Assembly (NCBI RefSeq): GCF_018350175.1
Contig: NC_058368.1
Span: 141,424,001 to 141,488,000 of the forward strand
Length of the DNA stretch: 64,000 nucleotides
Source: Felis catus
Taxonomy: Eukaryota
Direction of reading: 5' to 3'
Shown: positions 26,077 through 38,452 of the stretch, piece by piece
How positions within the stretch are numbered: position 1 is the stretch's first letter
How the letters are laid out: each line of letters begins with the position of its first letter
Notes under the pieces: model-generated
The model's input: only the letters and a program-made list of their open reading frames with translations
Told to the model about the DNA's origin: nothing
The model's database searches: none
Program-made: the position numbers and the translations under genes

Positions 26077-26374
26077 GAGCTATTACTACACACATCAAAA
26101 TGACTAAAATAAAAAATATTAACACCAAACACTGGCAAGGATGCAGAGAAAATGGCTCACTCATATATTACTGAAGGGAATGTGAAATGGTACAATCACC
26201 CTAGAAAAAACCTTGACAATTTTCTTAAAAACTAAACATGCAGCTATCATACAATTCACTAACTGCACTCCTAAGCATTCAATCCAGAGAACTAAAAGTC
26301 ATTTTCACACAAAAACCTAAACATGGATGTTTATACCAGCTCTATTTGTAATTGCTAAAAAACTAGAATCAACA

Positions 26375-26877
26375 GGGGCTCCTGGGTGGCTCAGATGATT
26401 AAGCTTCCGACTCAGCTTAGGTCATGATCTCAAAGTTTGTGAGTTCAAGCCTGTGTCAGGCTCTGTGCTAACGGTGTGGAGCCTGGAGCTGCTTTGAGTT
26501 GTGTCTCCCTCTCTCTCTGCCTCTCTCACACACACACACACGCACACACACACACGCACGCACACTCACGCACTCTCTTTCTCTCTTTCAAAAACAAATA
26601 AACATTGGGGCGCCTGGGTGGCGCAGTCGGTTAAGCGTCCGACTTCAGCCAGGTCACGATCTCGCGGTCTGGGAGTTCGAGCCCCGCGTCGGGCTCTGGG
26701 CTGATGGCTCAGAGCCTGGAGCCTGTTTCCGATTCTGTGTCTCCATCTCTCTCTGCCCCTCCCCCGTTCATGCTCTGTCTCTCTCTGTCCCAAAAAAAAT
26801 AAATAAACGTTGAAAAAAAAATTTTTTTAAAAACAAAAAACAAATAAACATTTAAAAAATTCAAAAAAAAAAAACCC
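26375..26877 (+). mobile_element. Can-SINE with a young SINEC_Fc (26607-26835) nested in its tail
   Basis: Outer TSD ACTAGAATCAACAGG; inner TSD AAAAACAAATAAACATT (26590 and 26836). Confidence 0.95.
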
Positions 26878-27017
26878 ACTAGAATCAACAGGTGAACGAT
26901 TAAAGAAACTGTGGTATATACATACCATGAAATACTACTAAGCAATCGAAATGAACAGACTATTGACACATACAACTTGAAGGAGTCTCTGAATGAAAAG
27001 TCAATCCCAAAAATCAG

Positions 27018-27300
27018 ATAGTATTTGTCTTTCTCTTATTTCACTTAGCACAACACTCTCTGGTTCCAACTATGTTATCACCAACGCCAAGATTTCATTC
27101 TTTCTACTGGATGAGTAATAGTCCATCATGAATGTATGTATTTACATACATACATATATGTACATATATATACATACACTACATCTTCTTTATCCTTTTA
27201 TCTATCAGTTGACACTTAGGCTGCTTCCCTATCTTGGCCATTGTAAATAATGGTGCAATGAATAATGGTGCTTGTATCTCTTCAAATTGATGTTTTCAAG
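27018..27300 (-). mobile_element. L1 3' fragment in inverted orientation within an older L1 3'UTR
   Basis: GTATTTGTCTTTCTC..TTTCACTTAGCA..TTGTAAATAATGGTGCAATGAA, the reverse complement of an L1 ORF2 end. Confidence 0.75.
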
Positions 27301-28491
27301 TGTCCAGTATCTTGAACAGTGGTAGTGGCTACCTGAGGTCACACAGGTGATAACAGTGTACAGTACTTAACACACACTTAAAATTATAACTGGGTAAATC
27401 TGAATAAAAATCACTGACTTACACTAATTTCTTGGTTGTAATATTATACTATAGTTTTGGAAAAGGTCACCATTGGAGAAACCAGGCAACATGTTAAAGA
27501 GACCTCTCTATACTATTTCTTACAACATGCACATGAATCCACAATTTTCTAAAATCAAAAAAAGACATAAATTACAGTAACATCAAAAAATGTAAGGCAT
27601 CGAGAAATCATTCTAACAAACAATGTATAAAATCCTTATGGAAAAATTATAAAATTTTCTTGAGACTAAAGAACTACTGAATAAATACAAATATAACTTA
27701 TACTCTTGAAAGACTTAAGTTCATAAAGATGTAAAGATTCAATGCTATTCCCATCAAAACCTTAGCAAGATTTCTCTGTGCAAATGGGCTGATTCTAAAA
27801 TTAATATAAAAAGGGCCAAGAATAGCATAGAAGACACTTTTAAGGAAGAAAAAATAATGAGATTTGCCTTACCAGATATCAGATAGCATTATTATAAGGC
27901 TAGAACAATTAAGACAAGGGTAATGGCACTCCAAGAGACAAAATAACCAGCAGAATAAAATAGCCCAGACAGACTTGGTTTTTGACCAAAATGGCATCGT
28001 AGACAGGAGGGAAAAGTTATGACTTCTGTTTCTCAAAAGTTACTACAAAAAGAGTAACTAGATAAACATACACTGGAACAAGTTATTTGTAATACCCTCT
28101 AGGTGGTCAAAAAAAGTTGAACCCAAAATACATAACGAGCTACTATTAATCAGTAAGAAAAAGACATACAACCCAATAGAAAACAGAATACTTGAACAAG
28201 CATTTCACAAACTATAAGTAGTCAAAAGCATAAAAAGATGAAAGATGCTCACAATAATATAAAATTTTGTCTCTACCAGGTTTGTAAAAATTTTAAATTC
28301 TGACAATATGAAGTATTAATGTGAGATACTACCACACATGCACTGCTGTGAATAGTATAAATTAGCATAATCACTTTGGAAAACAATTTGACACTACTTA
28401 ATAGAGGTGGAAGTATATAATTCCATTCTAGGCATGTACCTAAGGAAACTCTTGCACATATGCACCAAAATACATGTATAAGAATACTCAT

Positions 28492-28735
28492 GGAGCACCT
28501 GGGTGGCTCAGTTGGTTAAGTGTCCGGCTTTGGCTTAGGTCATGATCTCTCAGTTCATGAGTTCGAGCCCCACGTTGGGCTCTGTGCTGACAGCTCAGAG
28601 CCTGGAGCCTGTTTCCGATTCTGTGTCTCCCTCTTTCTCTGCCCCTCGCCCCATCTCTCTCTCTCTCTCTCTCCCCCTCTCTCTCAATCTCCCTCCCTTA
28701 AAAATAAATAAACATTTAAAAATTTTTTAAAAAAG
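28492..28735 (+). mobile_element. Can-SINE
   Basis: Full SINE; TSD GAATACTCAT. Confidence 0.95.
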
Positions 28736-29079
28736 GAATACTCATAGTATCGTGGAACTATTTGTAACAGAAAAAAGTAACAAGTAACTGAAATGCTACC
28801 AATAATAGAATGAGTAAATTTTACTATATTCCTATAATGGAATACTATATAACAGTGAAAAATAATGACTTACGGTATAAGCCATAAAGTCACAAAAGAA
28901 TATACACACTATAATTCTCTTTACATAAAGACAAAAATTATGTGGAATTAATCAATAAATTGTTTACCAAAAAAAAGTCAAAATGGTGAGTAAAAGAAAG
29001 CAAGAGAAAACTCCAAGTCAGTATCATGGTTACCTTAAGTAGATAGGGAAGGGATGGGCACACAGGGTATTTCAAATGT

Positions 29080-29115
<36 letters not shown>

Positions 29116-29316
29116 TTAAGTTTATTTATTTTGAGAGAAATTTAGCACAAGTGGGGGAGGAAAGAGAGAGAGGGGGAGAGAGAGAGAAGCCCAAGCAGAC
29201 TCTACACTGTCCTCTCAGAGCCTGGTGTGGAACTCAAACCCATGAACCCATGAGATCATGATCTGAGCCAAAATCAAGAGTCAGACACTTAACCAACTGA
29301 ACCACCCAGGCACCCC
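29080..29316 (-). mobile_element. Can-SINE with flanking (TTG)n tract
   Basis: Reverse-complement SINE ending CACCCAGGCACCCC. Confidence 0.92.
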
Positions 29317-30324
29317 TATTGTTGCTGTTGTTGTTTTTTAAGCAAGAGTAGGCACATAGATAAACATAAAAATTTTATTCTCCAGATGTTAACATATTTT
29401 TAATATTTAACTTAAAATAACTTTTTACAAAGAAAAAAATCATAGATCTTGAATTCTTTTTTTTGTTTGTTTGTTTTTGTTTTTGTTTAGGAGAGGAAAA
29501 CTTAACCATGGTTACATTTTTAGTGGATTGTGAGCTATTTCTTCTCAGTTAAGTATAAACCCAGGAATAGAAAAGAAGAAAACTGAAAACAAAATTCTTA
29601 AATAAGTGCTAGGCAACAGCAGACAGCCCACCTTTCTCAGGGAGTCTGGCTACACAAAGGGCCTGTGGAAGCAGAACAGATTGGTGCATTCACCAGAAGA
29701 GCCTGCTGACCTGCGCTGTGTTCCCCAGAGGATTTGGCCCTACTTATTTTTACATCATTAGCCCTCTTAGGATGGGCTGAGGTTGCTTCCAATTTGAAAA
29801 TGACCTTGGATCACAAGCTGAGGTTTTTAATTTGTTTACACTGATTATTAAGCATCCTGAAGTATAATTAATAAATCTTCTGCATAGGGTAATAAGTTTA
29901 TTTCTAACAACGATGGTCCTTGGCATAATTCTACTATTGATACTTTTACAGTGAGTTTATTCAACAAACTAGTTTTCTAACACATTCTAATCTCAGGATT
30001 GCTTGACAGCAATAAATTGGTAAACTAATAGGATGCAAACTGTTTAGTAAACTCGGATATGTGATAACTTTCCTCCTTTCAAAGTAATGCAGTCACTGAA
30101 AAAATATTTTTCTCTGTTTTCCAATTCATCTATTATCCTAAGAAGAAAAATGTATTTTTTAAAGTTTAACTAGAAATTAACTAGTTAAGATGCCATAGGG
30201 GGGTCAAATATGTATTTTGCTTTTTGTAAAGGGGTCTGTGAGAGCTACTGTTACTCTCCTAGAAAAGCCCAAGAATAAACAGAGAACATGTAATGAATTG
30301 CTGTGTGTGAGTTATAATTAAAGA

Positions 30325-30701
30325 CAGTGGTGTGTTGGTTAACAACTAGTGGCATGGAGGAGAGAAAGCCTTGATCTGTAGCACTTGCCAATTTCTGTGG
30401 TGTAAATACTCCCACCACGGCTTATTTCAAGCTACCAATTTGATGTTACTAAATGTGGAGTTGGAAAGAAATACACAGTAGCACATCATTATCTAGTATT
30501 TTTACCATACAGATACAAGGAATTGATGTAAATAACCTTAAGAGCATAAATAACAAGAAAACGTAGCACAATAATTAGGAATTCATGTGTGAGCAGCTAT
30601 TACCTTTGTTTTTGGTATAATTTTAACATATGCTTATGTAATTTTATTTTTAAGGGCTGTGTTTAACAACACAGTTGAAACTTTGTTCCAGCCTATAACT
30701 G
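30325..30701 (-). mobile_element. MER63-like hAT-Blackjack relic
   Basis: Ends CAGTGGTGTGTTGG ... CCAGCCTATAACTG (degenerate TIR); internal GCCAATTTCTGTGGTGTAAATACTCCCACC; family from recalled consensus. Confidence 0.65.
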
Positions 30702-33700
30702 CTAAGACTCCACTCTAGGTAATGTCCCCAAACCAGCACAACAATTAGTAAATGGCAGAATTCAGTATACAAACATGATTATATATATTCCCATAAATTT
30801 ATGACCTGTATATAGAAAAAAAATTCCAGAATTCTACTTTAAGGTAATTACTTGGTAAATTACATTTCCGATTCAGTGAGAGTCATGTTAATGGACTGTT
30901 CTGCAGATAACAGTCATAATTTTCAGAATTTACTTACTCCTTATTCCAGCTCCATCAGACATAGCAATGTAACATGTAATTTCTAGATTCCCAACAAAGT
31001 CATTCAGCAGGCCTGAAAGAACTCCAATATCTTTCCCACTCTGTCTAGTCAGTGAACAAGACACAAGGTAGGAAAGGAAAAGGGGAGAAAGAGATTCCCA
31101 AAGGATCCCTTCCACAATTAATTATGCAAATCCAAGTAAATTAGACACTAAAAATTTAAGATTGATTGAAAGGCTTGCTCAAATTGCTTTAACTGTGATT
31201 CATATACCAATCACGCAAATTCATATGTTAGGTTGTGTAAAAAAAAAAAAAAAGAAAAAAGAAAGAAAGATGTAGAATAAGCTTACCTTAATTTAAATGT
31301 CAAAGACATGGCTGCTGAAGTATGAGTCTCTTACAGTGTTAGCACTGGCCCATCAGATGTTAACAAAATCTGATATGCAACAGTTTTACATATCCCCTTG
31401 TGGGAGAAAGATCAACTTGTGATCTGCTTTATAAATCAGCTACAGTGTTAGAGTTAGGCTACTGTAGCTAAATGGCTTTTAGATATGCTTCCTGTTTTAA
31501 GCTACCATATTTACAAATGAAAGCTTTTTCAAACCACGGCTTTTAATATAATTTGCATATTTAGTAATACATTGATTAAAATTAAACACGGATTATTGCA
31601 ATTTATTTCAGAAACAGATGGGATGCATTAAGTGAAAAGCCTGAGCTTTTAAACAGAACAGACTCACTGGCTGACTACTGATGAATGATGAATACAAAAA
31701 CTTTGTAAATTGGTAAAAAGGAAAAAAAAAAAAAAACCCTTTGCACCCATTTCCTTTAAAGGCTTTCCTGAGTAGTGACTCCATGAAATTAGTAATCAAG
31801 TTAATTTAAAATGAATAATGTATATCAAAGGTATGTATCAGCTTAATGACAGATTTCTCAGAAGACAAAAAATGCTTCCACAAACTTTGAATGTTTCTGG
31901 TCTACAGAGCATGTGTCCTCAGATTTTCCTAATTAAATATGGACTTGATAGGGTTCACCAGCAGATGGCATTCTTCCATTACATACACTCCTGCTGGACT
32001 GCTTTGAGTTCACAGTTTCATGAAACTTCCCCAGCTAGTGTAAATTAACCATCGACTCACTCAATAGTAGAGGTAGTTGGGTTACTGAAATGGCATATTC
32101 TCAAAATAGTCTTGTTCACTGTGAACCTGATTAGATTGTAAAGAAAATTTCATTTTTTCTCTGCTCTCCATATCCACTGCTTTGCTGTTTATCATTCACA
32201 AAAGCTAATGTTGGTAAGAATAATATATCTCTTATGCTAGCCTCTTGTCAGTTATCTCATCAAAGGCAAAAGAACTAACCTTTGCCTCATCCCCATAGCA
32301 GTGTGATATAATTCAACCCGGTCATATTAACATGCTAGTTCCATTTTGAAAATAACTTTTGCATATAAGCTTTTCATTTTGTAAAGCTTAGGCATTTTCC
32401 AAATTAATACAGTAAATCTGGATTACTGTGCTTGGCTATCCAATTCTTCTTATTAACCTAGCCAATTAATTCTCAGAATGCCAAAAGAGAAAACCTATCA
32501 AATAGATTGATAATTTTTATACATTTTTTTCTTCTAGATTTCTGTGCATGTGTTATAGGTGAAAAGGAAATTTGATCCATAACATTTAAATAATGTAGTA
32601 TTATTCAAAAACCTTCATTAGACAGTACAGAAGTACTATCATTATGTAGACTTAAATTCACGAAATTCAGTTGAACTGCACTGCTGAAGGTAGGGTTGTA
32701 CTAAAGTCAGATTAGTCCTAATATTTCCTATTTAACATAAACGCTAATTATAAACTCTCAGAATAGGCAAAACCGGAAAGCTTAAAGCATAAACTGTACA
32801 TTTCATAATGGATCAATGGCACATATTTCAAGAAAGCAAATGAAAACAATTTTTATATACAGTTTCTGATGATTTTGTTTCTTAAAAGCACATATGAATA
32901 CCAAAAACGAAAAAATGTTTCATGAAAATCTTGATAACAGTAACACCATGCTGTGAAGGGTTTATTTTTTTGTTTTGTCTTTAAATGTAAAATATTACCA
33001 AAAATTACCTCCAGCTTTTTCAAAGTTTGATTAAATACTCAAAAGTACTTAAAAGGTCAGTTCCCAGTTTCACTGCTATGGATTACTCTAACATGAAGTG
33101 TTTGTCACCTATTGTGAGTTGTGAAAATCCCCCCTGTATCCAATGTGTTTTGTTTGGATTGAGATGGCATGCAGTTGATGGCTGTGACCTTCATGGTGGC
33201 TTAGATCCCTGGCTGGCACTGATTTTTGATTTAGTGCCGATCTGCTGCGCTTGTCACAGGCTGCAAGGTGCTTTCCATGCACTAATGGAACAGCTCAAGG
33301 GCAGAGGGGCCCTGTAAATGTCTATCTCTTACCAACCATGGGCTAAATAGAGAGGTGAGTTTTCTACATGTGAATGACAGACTGTAAGATTACGTGGAGG
33401 AGGTAATGCAAAGTTTTAAAACCTGTTCAGACTTCATGAAAATAACAAGCATATGCAAAGTGCAAACTCTAAGGTTATTCTGCCTACTAATGAATATGTA
33501 TTTGCACTGTTAAAATGGAATGTTTAACACAAATACTGATAATATATCTTCATTTGGTGCCAGGGAACTACCAATCAGTTGATGTGTCCTTTGGTTCAAC
33601 TATAGTTGTTAATAAATTCTGCTACTTAATGATGTCTTCAACAGAAAATTGCATATGTCCAAATTTTTTTCTTTCTAAGACAACAAAAAATGGTATGATA

Positions 33701-33929
33701 ATTATTTTAGAAAGAGAGAAATTTAGAGAGAAAAAATAACATCTTGTCCTATGTATCATTTTGCCTCAGTATTTTGACTACTAAAGGGTGTTCTACATAT
33801 GCAGTAGAAAAAAAAATGATAGATTTTGCCTTTTAAACATACATGTTACTTGCTTTGACTTAGGTGAGAGTAATTCATGCCAAGAGGCTAGTAAACAGAG
33901 TAGTAGTACATCTGTAAGTGATCAAATCC

Positions 33930-34200
33930 TATACATTCTTCAAGACTTATTTCAAATGCTAACTCCTCCAGGAGAAATTCCTGATTCTCCCAAGAAGAAA
34001 TCTCTCCTTCCTTGAACTTCTTACTGATAAATGCATTTCTTACTGTTATTATTGTTCTCTCAGTTCCTGCAGCGGACTATAAGCTCTTCAAGGGTAAGTA
34101 CCACATCCATTTTATCTTTAAAATCATCACCTTACCTAGCCCTGTGCCTGACACATTATAAGCGCTTAACTCATGTGCATTGCTGAATGAATTCATAACT
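33930..34200 (+). mobile_element. L2 3' end
   Basis: GACTATAAGCTCTTCAAGGG..CCTAGCCCTGTGCCTGACACAT..TGCTGAATGAAT. Confidence 0.7.
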
Positions 34201-35879
34201 CATAGCTGAATGAATTAATGAATGATAAATACATAACTGCAACATGGTAACATCCAGTTTAATGAAATTTCAAAGCTATCAGATTTTATTATTAACATAA
34301 ATGCCTAATGACTTCCTAAATCTTTATTTCTTTAAGCACCACATACAGGTCAATGGCCCCTCTAACATTCAGACATCTGACTTTGGAGTTTCTGATTTCT
34401 CTCTGACTTTGCCTCCCATCAGCAAAACAACATGCTAGACCTTATTCTCATCTAAGATGACTCTATAGACAAGCTCACCAAACCAACAGTCCCCTACACA
34501 TACTGTTCAGATTCCTTCTATGTATGATATCCTTAGATTCCTTCACCTGACCACACAGTAATTCACAGGATATAAACTTTATCCATTTATTTATCCATTC
34601 CTGACAAGCCTTTGAACAAACTGAGGGTTGCTGGAGCATTAAAGCAGGCCAAGACACATTTTGAGGGTATCCTTTTCAATATTTATGGGTCTTTTCTGCC
34701 ATTTTTTAAAAAGAAAGGGATTTGTTAATTTAGTGAGTTATGTTTTTGGGCGTGTGGTTAGATGCCAATGGGCAGGGAGAATCTAGGGGCTAAAAAACAT
34801 GCTTTTTGAAAGTAGACATCAGAATTTGTTTGTGTCAAGGTAGTGACTTGTTTTCTTTCCTGTTTATATGTTGTATACTTCTTATGACATACTTCTGACA
34901 CACAAACCTGTTATACCTCAGCGTGCATGAACTGAGTGCAATCAAAGTCTGTGCACAATGTGTTTAGGCCTAGGGGTCTGGTTTCCCTGACAGTCAGCAT
35001 GATCTGAGGGGCACCACAAGTCACCAGAATTAAATGGCACTCCATGTGATAGAACGAGACATTTCTATCAGCTCATATCAATGGGAAAAAATAGGTTCCA
35101 ACATTTAGAAGAGTCCAATATGGTAGTAGTGAACCAAATTTCATATCTTGGGCCAGACCCTTGAAAATGTGAGCCCTATTAAAAGGCTAAAAACAAATGA
35201 GGTAGAGAGACAGAGTCCATTGCTCTATTTACACCGATAATGGCTTCCACATACTTATTGGTGGCTCTACTAGAACAGGTAATAAGCAGCTCTAGATTTT
35301 TCATGGTTTGGAGTTTTGGAATAGCATGAATAATTGAAATCCACAGATAATACAAAAATTTAATTTTAGTCAAGGTATTCAGCCATCTCCTCTTCAATGA
35401 AGCTTTTATATTAGCTAACAAACAGCATCACTGACTGGCTTGCACTTCAGCTTTTAGTTTTTTCTGTACATCTTCTAGGGTTCTTGGGTAGGTGTTAAAG
35501 AGAGGCAAAAGAAAAAAGAGATCTCCACTTCCAGCTTGTCCACCAGGACAAACTACTTGTTACGCATTTACAAGGTAGTTGGCTGATGCTGGAGTTGAAA
35601 GAGAACCACCGTTTTTCATCCTCATAGAGCTACTCGACCACAACACATGGTAACAGTACAGTTAGTGCAAACTGTCCATTTCAAGGAGTGATACAAATAT
35701 TTCATGAATGGAACTATTTTTAATCACTTAAAAATGGTACCTTTACAATTATATACTGAAGTAAATGTGATACTTACCCTAAACGAGCTATCAAAAAAAT
35801 AATAGTAAGAATTCAAGACTAGGAGCTACTGCTATTCTAAATCACTTAAGACTCTTACTTAAAATAACGATTCCCTTCA

Positions 35880-36110
35880 GGGCGCCTGGGTGGCGCAGTC
35901 GGTTAAGCGTCCGACTTCAGCCAGGTCACGATCTCCTGGTCCGGGAGTTCGAGCCCCGCGTCGGGCTCTGGGCTGATGGCTCACAGCCTGGAGCCTGTTT
36001 CCGGTTCTGTGTCTCCCTCTCTCTCTGCCCCTCCCCCATTCATGCTCTGTCTCTCTGTCCCAAAAATAAATAAACGTTGGGGAAAAAAAAAAGACTTAAA
36101 AAAATAAAAT
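35880..36110 (+). mobile_element. Young SINEC_Fc within a MER5-like relic (about 35830-36295)
   Basis: CpG-rich SINE; TSD AAAATAACGATT; flank ends GGACCACACTTTGAAAATCACTG. Confidence 0.95.
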
Positions 36111-38401
36111 AAAATAACGATTTCCCCAAATTTCCCTTAGGAGAGTCTGACTCAATAGGTTTGGGCCCAAGAAGCTGCATTTCAAGAAATAGCCCCTCCC
36201 TCTCCTTTTCTTCACCCCTTATTCTACCCTATTCACCCCTACCCCTACCCCAGTTATTCAGGTATGAATGGACCACACTTTGAAAATCACTGCCTAGGGC
36301 ATGAAAATAGAGTTGGACATCCCTGCATTTGGTTCCAGAACCAAAAGAGCTCTTATTTTGTTTTTTTGGGTCCCACAGATGAGTTGAGTCTAAATCAGCT
36401 ATGCTGACAGAGAGACCATGTTAAAAATCCAATATACACTTCCTCTAAAGCAAAAGGTGATAAAAAAAAAAAAGTGTTCACTTACTGGGTGTATGGAGGT
36501 TTAAGGAGTAGCCTTGAGGGCTGCTTAAGGGCAGGGTCAGGCTTATAGATAATGAAATGTACAAGATAGTGATACTGTCCAGCCAGAATACGATTCTGCC
36601 ATGCTCTGATTCAGGCAGAACAAGCAGCTGCTGAGGCCAAACCATGACAAGGGCTATTTTTGCCTGTGACATTGGAGAATTTATTCAAGAACAATTCCCC
36701 TTTGTGCCAGCATTTCCACCGTACAGCTGCAAAGGTTGCTTAGTCCTTGGTTCACCTGGTTGTTTAAACTTTCTCAAACGCCTAAAATAAAGCCAGTCAT
36801 TCTTCCTGGAATTATAGACTCAGAGGAGAACCCTGCTACTGGGGAACAAAACCTTGTGTCCCTATTTTCCCTCGTCCATATATTCTGAAGAACAACCACT
36901 TTGTGGTAACTATAAATTATTCAAATAGCAACTCCTCACACAAGTAGTATGATTTGGGGTAGAAGATAATTGTCTTTAAGGTTCCCATAGTTCACATGGG
37001 TCTTTGTAAGGATTAAATAATGTAATGTCCATGAAAGCATTCTGCGTATTCTCAAATACTGTGAAAACACTAGAAACTATTAAACAGTGTGTAGCAGAAA
37101 GGATTCAAACTGTAAACATCCAACGAGGAAGACTAATATAGAAGTCCATCAACAGACTGTCCTCTCCTGGAAAAATACCTCTTGTATGCTTGGCTTCCCT
37201 ATGCCTAATCTGGGAATATAACAGAATGTATTATTATGTGTGCTAGATTTCTGTGGACTGTGGCAGAAAAACCCTGTTCAAGAAAATAAAATTGTTTTTT
37301 CTTCATTTCAGCAATAATAAACTGTAATGTCATGGAGTGTTTCCAGTGCAGGGCATCTCATCAGACCTCCCTGCATCACTGTGTCCTGCCTTTCTCTGAT
37401 TCTTTCCCACTATTCAAGCACTTTAACATGTTGTGGATTATGCTCTCAGGTTCTTTCATCAATTTAACATTAACACTCCTGTGAAATATTAATGAAATAA
37501 TGTTTAAAAAAAGAAAAATGTTCCTACAATACTGCAACATTTTAATGCCTCATTAAAATCATTAGCAATGCTAATACTAAAGAACTTACTTCATCTTTCA
37601 AGGAGCCAAAAAATAAATCATAATAAAATGTTTGTTAATGTTACATCTGGAGAAACAAATTACACAATGCCTTTCTATATAGGCTTTATATATTCTAAAG
37701 ATGACACACTAAGGTCATATTATTAAGTACATGCAACTAGTTTTTTCTATGGAAACTCATATTGTATTATTTTATATTATTCATTAAACACTGTGAATAT
37801 TGTTTGTGTTTTTCATTTATGAGAAAAATATATGGTGTGCCTATCAACCAGCCAGAGCTCTCATGGAACTCAGGTTGCAAACAATGACATGCTTCACTGA
37901 CCTGAATGACTTACAAAAGCCATTTATATTCAGTACTCTCATTTATGCTATCTTTAAAAATGAATAAGAGACATATATTAATAGCAAGAAACTGGTAGGA
38001 TGATTGCATCACTACCCATCTCCAGACTTATTGCAACACTTCATTCTCCATCAGTTGAACTGACATGAGAAAGTAAATGTCGTATATAATAGTCATATAA
38101 AATTTCACTACATGAGTAACTAAGGCGAGTATGACACTTTCCTTCTCTTTGTTGACCAACTTTTATTTGGAAAGCAAGAAGGTTTAATGACATCACAGAG
38201 TTCTAGCTAGTTTGTTTTTGAAGGAAATCTCTTACCACTGATTGGGGTAAGCAGGAGAGGAGTATTCTCTTAAATAAATCTACATTTCCTGGGTGGGAGG
38301 GGTTGCAATACAGCCTCAGCAAATGTGCAGATCCAGAAGATCTTGGGAATTTCCTATCTCTGAATAATCCAGCATGTAGTCATGTATGTAGAGACAAAGA
38401 T

Positions 38402-38403
<2 letters not shown>

Positions 38404-38450
<47 letters not shown>

Positions 38451-38452
38451 AA
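38404..38452. repeat. (TAAA)n microsatellite
   Basis: 12 tetramers. Confidence 0.97.

Larger units (their letters stand above)
22680..29070 (+). mobile_element. Cluster of old fragmented L1s with multiple nested SINEs
   Basis: ORF1-like coiled-coil DNA about 23050-23450; ORF2 remnants 24500-26370 and 27580-28490; old 3'UTR remnants. Confidence 0.7.

Noticed and set aside
24200..26975. Repeated similar peptides (RERQSMNGGGAEREGDTESETGSRL) suggesting a gene family
   Set aside because: All are translations of SINEC_Fc copies
31674..31776. Box C (TGATGA) and box D (CTGA) with ACTAC/GTAGT flanks
   Set aside because: Stem register does not fit a kink-turn and the interior is an A-run; no support for a snoRNA
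32014..32027. 14-bp perfect palindrome AGTTTCATGAAACT
   Set aside because: Several are expected by chance in 64 kb (64000/4^7 is about 4)
33027..33317. 96-aa ORF in the unique island
   Set aside because: TTG start, no recognisable domain and no convincing splice context
37110..37131. CTGTAAACATCC..GGAAG resembling the miR-30 5p arm
   Set aside because: The middle does not match and there is no complementary 3p arm or hairpin; more simply a forkhead-like motif or chance
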